This document shows, piece after piece, positions 56,888 to 64,000 of a stretch of DNA of 64,000 bases (positions are counted from its first letter, which is position 1; every line of letters starts with the position of its first letter). Position numbers and translations under genes: made by a program. The stretch comes from an uncultured Alphaproteobacteria bacterium (GTDB lineage: Bacteria > Pseudomonadota > Alphaproteobacteria > RF32 > CAG-239): contig CAJTMA010000008.1 of NCBI GenBank assembly GCA_910577205.1, positions 2,575 to 66,574 of the forward strand, in the 5' to 3' direction. The notes under the pieces are model-generated. The model was not told the origin of the DNA. It saw nothing but the letters and a program-made list of their open reading frames with translations, and did no database searches.

Positions 56888-57193
56888 CTACCAGCTTGAT
56901 TTTACTAAACCAGGAATTTCACCGAAGCTGGCCATATCTCTTAATTCGACACGGCTGACACCGAACTTCCTGTAATAACTACGAGAACGACCCGTCAGTT
57001 TGCACCGGTTTCTAACACGGATTTTAGCTGAGTTGCGGGGCAGTTCTGCCAATTTTAATGTCGCCTGGAATCTTTCTTCCGGAGAAGCGTTTTTATCCAT
57101 AACGATATCTTTGAGTTTCTGACGGCGGTTGTTAAACTTTTCTGCCATCTTAACTCTTTTCAAGTTTCTATAAACTGAACTTGTTTTTGCCAT
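56888..57193 (-). CDS. rpsN: 30S ribosomal protein S14 (long form)
   Basis: 101 aa ending [11 protein letters not shown]. Confidence 0.97.
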   Translation of the reverse strand: MAKTSSVYRNLKRVKMAEKFNNRRQKLKDIVMDKNASPEERFQATLKLAELPRNSAKIRVRNRCKLTGRSRSYYRKFGVSRVELRDMASFGEIPGLVKSSW

Positions 57194-57207
57194 AGTAAAA
57201 TCTCCGC

Positions 57208-57747
57208 TTATTTCTTGATAGGCATATTAAAACCGTCAAGCAGCATTTTAGCTTCTTCATCGGTCTTAGCCGTTGTACAAATCACGATATCCATACCCCG
57301 AACGTTTTCAACTTTTTCATAGTTGATTTCAGGGAAAATGATTTGCTCTTTAATACCAAAAGCGAAGTTGCCTCTGCCGTCAAAATTCTTACCGGTAATA
57401 CCGTGAAAGTCTCTGATGCGCGGCAAAGCCATGTTAACCAATCTTTCCAAGAACTCGTACATTCTATCAGAACGCAGAGTAACCTTGCAGCCAATCGGCA
57501 TTTCTTCACGCAGTTTAAACGTTGCAATAGATTTGCGAGCTTTGGTAACAACCGGTTTCTGACCGGCAATCAAAGCCATTTCATCTACGGCATTGTTGAG
57601 TTTTTTCTTGTCTGTTACGGCATCGCCGACGCCCATATTCAGAACAATTTTAGTCAACTTCGGAATCTGATGTGGATTTTGGTAACCGAATTTTTCCACA
57701 AGAGATTTCTTTATGACTTCGTTATACAATTTTTCAAAGTTTGTCAT
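57208..57747 (-). CDS. rplE: 50S ribosomal protein L5
   Basis: 179 aa with KIVLNMGVG and [20 protein letters not shown]. Confidence 0.97.
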   Translation of the reverse strand: MTNFEKLYNEVIKKSLVEKFGYQNPHQIPKLTKIVLNMGVGDAVTDKKKLNNAVDEMALIAGQKPVVTKARKSIATFKLREEMPIGCKVTLRSDRMYEFLERLVNMALPRIRDFHGITGKNFDGRGNFAFGIKEQIIFPEINYEKVENVRGMDIVICTTAKTDEEAKMLLDGFNMPIKK

Positions 57748-57757
57748 AAAATTTCCC

Positions 57758-58081
57758 CTATTTCTTCTCGATTACTTCACCGGATTTGCGAGCAAAACGT
57801 ACTTTATTTCCGTTTTCTTCTTTGTAACCAATTTTGCTTGCTTTACCAGATTTCGGATCCACAATTGCAACATTAGAAACATTGATCGGTGCTTCTTTGG
57901 TGATGATGCCGCCCGGGGTAGTCTGGCTGGGTTTGGTGTGTCTTTTAACCAGATTGACACCTTGAACAACCACTTTACCTTCGCTCGGCATAGCCTTAAC
58001 GACTTCACCAGTTTTGCCTTTGTCATCACCAGCGATGACAATTACCTGATCACCTTTTTTAATTTTCATTTTAAGGCTCAT
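57758..58081 (-). CDS. rplX: 50S ribosomal protein L24
   Basis: 107 aa with [18 protein letters not shown]. Confidence 0.97.
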   Translation of the reverse strand: MSLKMKIKKGDQVIVIAGDDKGKTGEVVKAMPSEGKVVVQGVNLVKRHTKPSQTTPGGIITKEAPINVSNVAIVDPKSGKASKIGYKEENGNKVRFARKSGEVIEKK

Positions 58082-58449
58082 TACAATACCTCCGGTGCTA
58101 ACGAAATTATTTTCATAAATTTCTTCGCACGCAATTCTCTGGTAACAGGGCCGAAGATACGAGTACCGATAGGCTCACCGTCTTTATTGATGAGAACTGC
58201 AGCATTATTGTCAAAACGGATAACAGACCCGTCTTTACGTCTAATGTCGCTTGCTGTGCGAACGATTACGGCTTTGCATACGTCGCCTTTCTTAACGCGG
58301 CCTTTCGGCATAGCGTCTTTGATGGAAACGACGATAACATCACCCACAGAAGCATGCATTCTCTTGGAGCCTCCAAGAACCTTAATGCACTGCACCTGAC
58401 GCGCTCCTGAATTATCTGCAACATCCAGGTTGGTTTGCATCTGTATCAT
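58081..58449 (-). CDS. rplN: 50S ribosomal protein L14
   Basis: 122 aa, beginning [17 protein letters not shown]. Confidence 0.98.
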   Translation of the reverse strand: MIQMQTNLDVADNSGARQVQCIKVLGGSKRMHASVGDVIVVSIKDAMPKGRVKKGDVCKAVIVRTASDIRRKDGSVIRFDNNAAVLINKDGEPIGTRIFGPVTRELRAKKFMKIISLAPEVL

Positions 58450-58467
58450 TGTTTTACTTCCTTTTCT

Positions 58468-58704
58468 CTAGGCGTTATCACTGATAACAGTCCAAGTCTT
58501 GGTTTTGGAATAAGGTCTGGATTCTTCAATCTTGACAATATCACCAACTTTGAACTGATTATTTTCATCATGAGCAGCAAACTTTTTGCTTCTCTTAACG
58601 AACTTCTTATAAACAGGATGCATAACCTGACGCTCTACACTGACTACGACAGTCTTATCCTGCTTATCACTAACAACAACACCTTGAAGAATTCTTTTAG
58701 GCAT
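58468..58704 (-). CDS. rpsQ: 30S ribosomal protein S17
   Basis: 78 aa, beginning [21 protein letters not shown]. Confidence 0.97.
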   Translation of the reverse strand: MPKRILQGVVVSDKQDKTVVVSVERQVMHPVYKKFVKRSKKFAAHDENNQFKVGDIVKIEESRPYSKTKTWTVISDNA

Positions 58705-58715
58705 ATTTTTCTCTC

Positions 58716-58913
58716 CTAACTATTCTTCTTGCGCTCAGAAATGAGCGTGTTGATTTTTGCTATTTCACGACGGACACTTCTTATTACAGCAGTATTTTGT
58801 AATTGTCCAGTAGATTGTTGGATTCTTAAGTTAAATTGTTCTTTTTTATTTTCGAGCAATTTAGCTTCCAACTCATCCAATGACATAGCGCGAAGATCTT
58901 TAATTTTAGTCAT
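58716..58913 (-). CDS. rpmC: 50S ribosomal protein L29
   Basis: 65 aa with [24 protein letters not shown]. Confidence 0.95.
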   Translation of the reverse strand: MTKIKDLRAMSLDELEAKLLENKKEQFNLRIQQSTGQLQNTAVIRSVRREIAKINTLISERKKNS

Positions 58914-59341
58914 TATGCTTCTCCCTTATCCGAGTTCAAGCGTTTAACAAACTTGGTCTTGATCGGCAGTTTGGCAGCACCCAGAGCAAATGCCTGACGG
59001 GCAGTTTCCTCATCGATGCCTTCAGCTTCGAACATAATACGACCAGGGTGAACCCTTGCGCACCAGTATTCGACAGAACCTTTACCTTTACCCATACGGA
59101 CTTCGGCAGGTTTATCAGATACAGGAACATCCGGGAAAATACGAATCCATAAACGGCCGGCTCTCTTCATCTGACGGGTAATCGCACGACGAGCTGCTTC
59201 AATCTGGCGAGCTGTAATACGATCCGGAGACAAAGCTTTCAGACCGAAGGAACCGAAACTCAATTCGGTACCGCCTTTGGCATTACCGTGAATACGGCCT
59301 TTATGCTGTTTGCGGAACTTTAATCTTTTTGGACTTAACAT
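58913..59341 (-). CDS. rplP: 50S ribosomal protein L16
   Basis: 142 aa, beginning [16 protein letters not shown]. Confidence 0.98.
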   Translation of the reverse strand: MLSPKRLKFRKQHKGRIHGNAKGGTELSFGSFGLKALSPDRITARQIEAARRAITRQMKRAGRLWIRIFPDVPVSDKPAEVRMGKGKGSVEYWCARVHPGRIMFEAEGIDEETARQAFALGAAKLPIKTKFVKRLNSDKGEA

Positions 59342-59353
59342 TTCTCTTTACCT

Positions 59354-60022
59354 TTACTTCTGCTCGGCTAATTTCTTATCCTGGGCCATCGGGTCATGAG
59401 CCATGATTTCGCCCTTGTAGATCCAAACTTTAACGCCGCAGGCGCCATAAGTTGTATGAGCCGTAGAGGTTGCATAATCAATATCTGCGCGCAGGGTATG
59501 CAGAGGCACACGACCTTCACGGTAATATTCGGTACGGGCAATTTCAGCACCGCCTAAACGGCCGGAGCAGCAAACCTTGATACCTTCAGCACCCAAACGC
59601 AAAGCAGACTGCATAACTCTCTTCATTGCACGGCGGAAAGCAACACGTCTTTCCAACTGCTGAGCGACAGAGTCGGCAACCAGCTGAGCATCCAGTTCAG
59701 GCTTTCTGACTTCCAGAATGTTCAGCTGAACTTCGGAATCAGTCATCTTCTGGATATCTTTTCTTAAATTTTCGATATCCTGGCCTTTTTTACCGATAAC
59801 AACACCCGGTCTTGCAGAGTGAATAGTAACTCTGGCTTTTTTAGCAGGACGTTCGATAACGATTCTGCTGATACCGGCCTGAGCCAATTTCTCTTTCAAG
59901 AACTCTTTGATTTTCAAATCTTCGTGGAGGTAGTCAGTGAACTTATCATCTGCATACCAACGGGAATCCCAAGTGCGGTTAACACCTAAACGAAGACCGG
60001 TAGGATTTACTTTCTGTCCCAT
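59354..60022 (-). CDS. rpsC: 30S ribosomal protein S3
   Basis: The start is set at ATG 60022 ([13 protein letters not shown]), 4 nt after the rplV stop. The track start at 60037 would overlap rplV. Confidence 0.97.
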   Translation of the reverse strand: MGQKVNPTGLRLGVNRTWDSRWYADDKFTDYLHEDLKIKEFLKEKLAQAGISRIVIERPAKKARVTIHSARPGVVIGKKGQDIENLRKDIQKMTDSEVQLNILEVRKPELDAQLVADSVAQQLERRVAFRRAMKRVMQSALRLGAEGIKVCCSGRLGGAEIARTEYYREGRVPLHTLRADIDYATSTAHTTYGACGVKVWIYKGEIMAHDPMAQDKKLAEQK

Positions 60023-60026
60023 TAAC

Positions 60027-60401
60027 TTACTCCCCACGCTCTGTAACGACGATGGTCAGGTTGGAGAACGGTTTCAATACCCGAGCTCCGCGGCCGCGAC
60101 CACGTGCGTGCATACGTTTCATTACTAAACCTTTACCGACATAAGCTTCGCTGACGAAGAGTTTATCGATATTTAACTGGTGATTGTTTTCAGCATTGGC
60201 AATTGCAGACTGCAATACAGCCAAAGCAGCTTTTGCGATTCTCTTCTTGGAGAAGCTCAATTCAGCAACAGCTTTTTCAACATTCAAACCACGAATTGAC
60301 TGAGCAACCAAATTCAGCTTGCGAGGGCTGGTGCGGAGAGAATTGCAAACGGCCATAGCCTGATTTGCAGCAACTCTTCTTTCATTATTAGACTTTGCCA
60401 T
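60027..60401 (-). CDS. rplV: 50S ribosomal protein L22
   Basis: 124 aa with [17 protein letters not shown]. Confidence 0.97.
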   Translation of the reverse strand: MAKSNNERRVAANQAMAVCNSLRTSPRKLNLVAQSIRGLNVEKAVAELSFSKKRIAKAALAVLQSAIANAENNHQLNIDKLFVSEAYVGKGLVMKRMHARGRGRGARVLKPFSNLTIVVTERGE

Positions 60402-60403
60402 AA

Positions 60404-60682
60404 TTAACCTCTCTTAGCCTTTTTGTCTGCTGCGTGACCGTAGAATGTACGGCTCGGAGCGAACTCACCAAATTTGTGGCCGACCATATCCTCAGTAACC
60501 AAAACCGGGATAAACTTGTGGCCATTGTGAACACCGAATGTTAAACCGACAAACTGCGGCAACATAGTGGAGCGGCGGGACCAGATTTTGATAACTTCAT
60601 TACGGCCCGAAGCTCTTGCTTTATCAGCTTTCTTCAGAAGATAGCCATCAACAAACGGCCCTTTCCATACGGAACGTGTCAT
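60404..60682 (-). CDS. rpsS: 30S ribosomal protein S19
   Basis: 92 aa, beginning [12 protein letters not shown], with [10 protein letters not shown]. Confidence 0.98.
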   Translation of the reverse strand: MTRSVWKGPFVDGYLLKKADKARASGRNEVIKIWSRRSTMLPQFVGLTFGVHNGHKFIPVLVTEDMVGHKFGEFAPSRTFYGHAADKKAKRG

Positions 60683-60694
60683 TAGCGTTTCTCC

Positions 60695-61531
60695 CTATTT
60701 CTTTTTGTTTTCATGACGAGACCGCATAATATACTGATCCGTCTTCTTGTTAGAACGAGTTTTAGCACCTTTGGTCGGTTTACCCCAAGCAGAAACAGGA
60801 TGACGACCACCAGATGTACGGCCTTCACCACCACCATGCGGGTGATCAACCGGGTTCATAGCCACACCGCGGGATTGCGGTCTGATGCCCAGCCAACGTG
60901 TGCGGCCGGCTTTACCCAAAGATACGTTTTGGTTATCCGGGTTCGAAACAGCGCCGACAGTAGCCAGACATTCTTCACGAACCACGCGGAGTTCACCAGA
61001 ACTCAATTTCAACTGTGCATAACCGGCATCTTTACCGACAACCTGAGCGTAACAACCTGCAGAACGAACCAATTGTCCGCCTTTGCCTGCTTTCAGCTCA
61101 ATATTGTGAATAATAGTACCAACCGGCATATTCTTCAAAGGCATAGCATTACCCGGCTTAATATCAGCTTTATCAGCTGAAATGATTTTATCGCCGGCTT
61201 TTAATCTTTGAGGAGCGAGGATATATGCCTTCTCGCCGTCTTCATAGCTAACCAGAGCAATGAAAGCCGAACGGTTCGGGTCATATTCGATTCTCTCAAC
61301 TGTTGCCTCGGCATCGAATTTATTACGTTTGAAGTCGATGATACGCAGTTTGCGTTTGTGTCCGCCACCGATTCTGCGACTTGTAACGTGTCCGAAATTA
61401 TCGCGCCCACCGGACTTGGTCAGTCCGATTGTCAAAGACTTCTCCGGAGCACCTTTGTACAGTTCGCTTCTATCTACGATAACGAGCTGACGCAGGCCGG
61501 GAGATGTGGGCTTATATTTTTTTAAAGCCAT
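60695..61531 (-). CDS. rplB: 50S ribosomal protein L2
   Basis: 278 aa with [23 protein letters not shown]. Confidence 0.98.
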   Translation of the reverse strand: MALKKYKPTSPGLRQLVIVDRSELYKGAPEKSLTIGLTKSGGRDNFGHVTSRRIGGGHKRKLRIIDFKRNKFDAEATVERIEYDPNRSAFIALVSYEDGEKAYILAPQRLKAGDKIISADKADIKPGNAMPLKNMPVGTIIHNIELKAGKGGQLVRSAGCYAQVVGKDAGYAQLKLSSGELRVVREECLATVGAVSNPDNQNVSLGKAGRTRWLGIRPQSRGVAMNPVDHPHGGGEGRTSGGRHPVSAWGKPTKGAKTRSNKKTDQYIMRSRHENKKK

Positions 61532-61534
61532 GTC

Positions 61535-61852
61535 CTAAATTCCTGTTGTAACATCAATATTTTGACCATCGGCAAGAGTAACCAATGCTTTTTTGTAATC
61601 AGAGCGTTTGCCCAGAAAACCCTTAAAGCGTTTTTCTTTACCGAATTGACGAATTGTATTCACCTTATTTACCTTAACGTTAAAGATAGCTTCAACAGCA
61701 GCTTTAACTTCATCTTTGCTGGCAGACAACGGAACCAGGAAGGTTACTTTGCCGGCTTCAGAAGACAACATAGATTTTTCGGTGATTACCGGACGAACTA
61801 ATGTATCATACATAGCTGCAGTCACATTGTTTGTTTTTGCTGATTTACTCAT
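61535..61852 (-). CDS. rplW: 50S ribosomal protein L23
   Basis: The start is set at ATG 61852 ([19 protein letters not shown]). It forms an ATGA overlap with the rplD stop. Confidence 0.95.
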   Translation of the reverse strand: MSKSAKTNNVTAAMYDTLVRPVITEKSMLSSEAGKVTFLVPLSASKDEVKAAVEAIFNVKVNKVNTIRQFGKEKRFKGFLGKRSDYKKALVTLADGQNIDVTTGI

Positions 61853-62469
61853 TTCAATCTCTCCTCCAAGCAATTCACTGCATCTTTAGTCAACACGAGT
61901 TTGTCTTTTCTTAAGATGTCATACACATTGGCACCGATTGTCGGCAGAACGTCAACGCCTGCGATATTGCGGCTGGCCAAAGCGAAGTTGACATCAACTT
62001 CCTTGCCATCGATAAACAAGCAATTTTTCAACCCGCAAGCATCCAATTTGACTTTCAAATCTTTAGTTTTAGGAGCTGACAATTTTGCTTCGTCAACGAT
62101 TACCAGGTTGCCCTCTTTGGCTTTCGCGGAGAGAGCTGTTTTCAGACCGAGTTTTCTGAATTTTTTAGTCAGTTCGTGAGAGTGGTCGCGAACAACCGGA
62201 CCAAACACGATACCGCCTTTGCGGAATTGAGTACCCTTACGAGAACCCTGGCGCGCATTACCTGAACCTTTCTGTTTGAAAGGTTTAGCCGGAGTCAAAG
62301 CAACTTCGGAACGGCCTTTGGTCTTGTGAGTACCAGCCTGCAAGCGGGCTAACTGCCACTTAACAACCCGGTGCAAAATATCGGCGCGAACTTCAAGACC
62401 GAAGATAGCATCGTTCAGTTCGATAGAACCGACATTTTTATTTTCGAGATTTAAGATGTCCTGTTTCAT
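61849..62469 (-). CDS. rplD: 50S ribosomal protein L4
   Basis: 206 aa with [15 protein letters not shown]. Confidence 0.97.
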   Translation of the reverse strand: MKQDILNLENKNVGSIELNDAIFGLEVRADILHRVVKWQLARLQAGTHKTKGRSEVALTPAKPFKQKGSGNARQGSRKGTQFRKGGIVFGPVVRDHSHELTKKFRKLGLKTALSAKAKEGNLVIVDEAKLSAPKTKDLKVKLDACGLKNCLFIDGKEVDVNFALASRNIAGVDVLPTIGANVYDILRKDKLVLTKDAVNCLEERLK

Positions 62470-62489
62470 ATTTTCAAATCCTTATAATC

Positions 62490-63215
62490 TTATGCATTCT
62501 CGGCTGAAGATTCTTCAGCTTTAGCTGCAACAGGTTCATCAACTTTTTTCAGACCGGCAGGCATCGGCAATTGGACATTAGCCGGCTTTTTAATAGCATC
62601 GGTAACGCGAACCCAAGCATTTTCACAGCCAGGAACGCCGCCTTTAACCATAATTAAGCCTTTAGCATTGTCAACGGCAACAACACGCAGATTTTGAACG
62701 GTAACGCGTTCAGCACCCATGTGACCAGCCATTTTTTTGCCTTTAAATACCTTACCCGGATCTTGTCTTTGTCCTGTAGAACCATGAGAACGGTGAGAAA
62801 TAGACACACCGTGAGATGCTTCCAAACCGGCAAAGTTGTGACGCTTCATAACACCGGCAAAACCTTTACCGATTGAAGTAGAGCAGACATCAACATACTG
62901 ACCGGGAACGAAGTGTTCTACAGATAATTCATCGCCAACCGACAACAAGCAATCTTCAGAAACTCTGAATTCACCCAATTTTTTCTTCGGTTCAACGTTA
63001 GCTTTAGCAAAATGTCCTTTCAGAGGTTTGGATACATTCTTGGCTTTAACAGCACCGGTACCAAGCTGTACCGCTGTATATCCGTCTCTTTCGGCAGTTT
63101 TGACATCAACAACCTGCAGGCCGTCAACACTCAAAACAGTAACCGGGACATGAGTTCCGTCGGCTTCAAAAATGCGGGACATACCCAGCTTTTTTGCAAT
63201 AAGACCCGTACGCAT
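62490..63215 (-). CDS. rplC: 50S ribosomal protein L3
   Basis: 241 aa, beginning [16 protein letters not shown], with [13 protein letters not shown]. Confidence 0.98.
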   Translation of the reverse strand: MRTGLIAKKLGMSRIFEADGTHVPVTVLSVDGLQVVDVKTAERDGYTAVQLGTGAVKAKNVSKPLKGHFAKANVEPKKKLGEFRVSEDCLLSVGDELSVEHFVPGQYVDVCSTSIGKGFAGVMKRHNFAGLEASHGVSISHRSHGSTGQRQDPGKVFKGKKMAGHMGAERVTVQNLRVVAVDNAKGLIMVKGGVPGCENAWVRVTDAIKKPANVQLPMPAGLKKVDEPVAAKAEESSAENA

Positions 63216-63284
63216 TATTATTTATTCCTTTTTCAATTGGTTGACTTCTGTTATTTCAAAAAGCCAACATTGTTACATTGATTT

Positions 63285-63596
63285 TTAGAGTTTAATCTCT
63301 ACATTAACACCTGCAGCCAAATCCAGCTTCATCAAAGCATCAACAGTCTGCGGTGTGGGATCTACGATATCCAGAAGTCTCTTGTGAGTACGGATTTCAA
63401 ACTGTTCGCGAGATTTTTTATCAACGTGCGGAGATTTGTTTACCGTAAACTTCTCGATTTTTGTAGGCAGAGGAATCGGACCTCTGACATTAGCCCCGGT
63501 TCTTTTGGCAGTGTGCACGATTTCTTTGGTAGACTGATCGAGCAGACGATGATCAAAAGCCTTGAGGCGAATTCTGATATTTTGTGTATCCATCAT
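63285..63596 (-). CDS. rpsJ: 30S ribosomal protein S10
   Basis: 103 aa with [14 protein letters not shown] and [11 protein letters not shown]. Confidence 0.98.
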   Translation of the reverse strand: MMDTQNIRIRLKAFDHRLLDQSTKEIVHTAKRTGANVRGPIPLPTKIEKFTVNKSPHVDKKSREQFEIRTHKRLLDIVDPTPQTVDALMKLDLAAGVNVEIKL

Positions 63597-63674
63597 TTTA
63601 TTTTGTTTTCCTATAACTAGAACGCAAAAAATTTAGATAAGGCTAAACTTGGTGCCCTCTAAATGTTAAACTCG

Positions 63675-63710
63675 GCAGCACATACGTTGAGAGGTGCTGC
63701 AGTATTTTTT
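63675..63710. promoter_or_regulatory. Hairpin in the S10-operon leader region (possible attenuator or orphan terminator)
   Basis: GCAGCAC-12 nt-GTGCTGC. On the plus strand agtaTTTTTT follows; on the minus strand cgagTTTaacaTTT follows. It lies about 80 nt upstream of the rpsJ ATG. Confidence 0.3.
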
Positions 63711-64000
63711 ATATTCTTCACTATGAATAGAGTCACCCTATCCATAATTACGTGAGGGACTTGTAACATAATTGAGTCTAATATGCAAGCAAAAAAATAC
63801 AAATTTTTCACTTTTTTATTTTTACGAATCCCAGACTCAGACTCTGTTTGAGTCACATTGACAAAATTTCCACTCCGAGTCCAAAACAGTCTAAAAGCAG
63901 ACACGAATTAAATTCATGCCATGGCCGTTATCCGGCCAACTGCCGCCGGCTGTTTTTCCCGAAACGCTGCCAAACCAACGCCGTGTCAAACTGCCTTTCC

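Noticed and set aside
63916-64000. Coding-like, higher-GC sequence at the window edge. It could be a plus-strand start (MPWPLSGQLPPAVFPETL...) or the end of a minus-strand gene (...FDTALVWQRFGKNSRRQLAG, stop at 63928-63930).
   Set aside because: Only about 25 codons are visible, and both strands are open. Neither peptide is recognisable, and it is not an EF-Tu C-terminus. I cannot assign strand or product from this fragment.

Overview
The window reads as chromosomal DNA from an alphaproteobacterium-like organism with moderately low GC. Supporting signs are a GapR/DUF2312 gene, a split pntAA-pntAB-pntB, and an S10-spc-alpha ribosomal cluster that contains adk but lacks infA and rpmJ. The backbone is housekeeping: a partial asmA-like gene and the nucleoside catabolism cluster cdd-punA-deoC-deoA-deoB-pgeF. 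It also carries a DjlA-like co-chaperone, a B12-type radical SAM gene, ampD-like, ruvX, tolB, lepA, ettA, rpmJ, pyk, two chrA halves, pntAB and Mur-ligase/ldcA. The 27-gene ribosomal/secY/adk/rpoA block occupies 48.5-63.6 kb on the minus strand. I recognised no rRNA, tRNA, CRISPR, transposase or integrase. Items worth a second look: (1) An A+T-rich island at 12.0-15.7 kb holds a LysM plus two-PG-binding-repeat protein with an unassigned N-terminal domain. It is flanked by three paralogous 4-TM proteins and preceded by tandem terminators in its leader. (2) A lysozyme-like/RTX-like protein sits next to a secreted LprI(DUF1311)-ankyrin protein at 28.3-30.9 kb. (3) A sensor-less hybrid histidine kinase is followed by two paralogous proteins that look like degenerate GGDEF-EAL proteins at 40.6-44.4 kb. 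(4) A ~650-bp C-rich, G-poor tandem-repeat tract lies downstream of rplQ, and its minus strand is dense in GGA motifs. (5) A dispersed hairpin-core repeat family forms ~120-bp tandem arrays and has invaded ribosomal-operon spacers. (6) The spc and alpha operons are interrupted. All domain calls are made by eye and from memory of family motifs; no searches were run.
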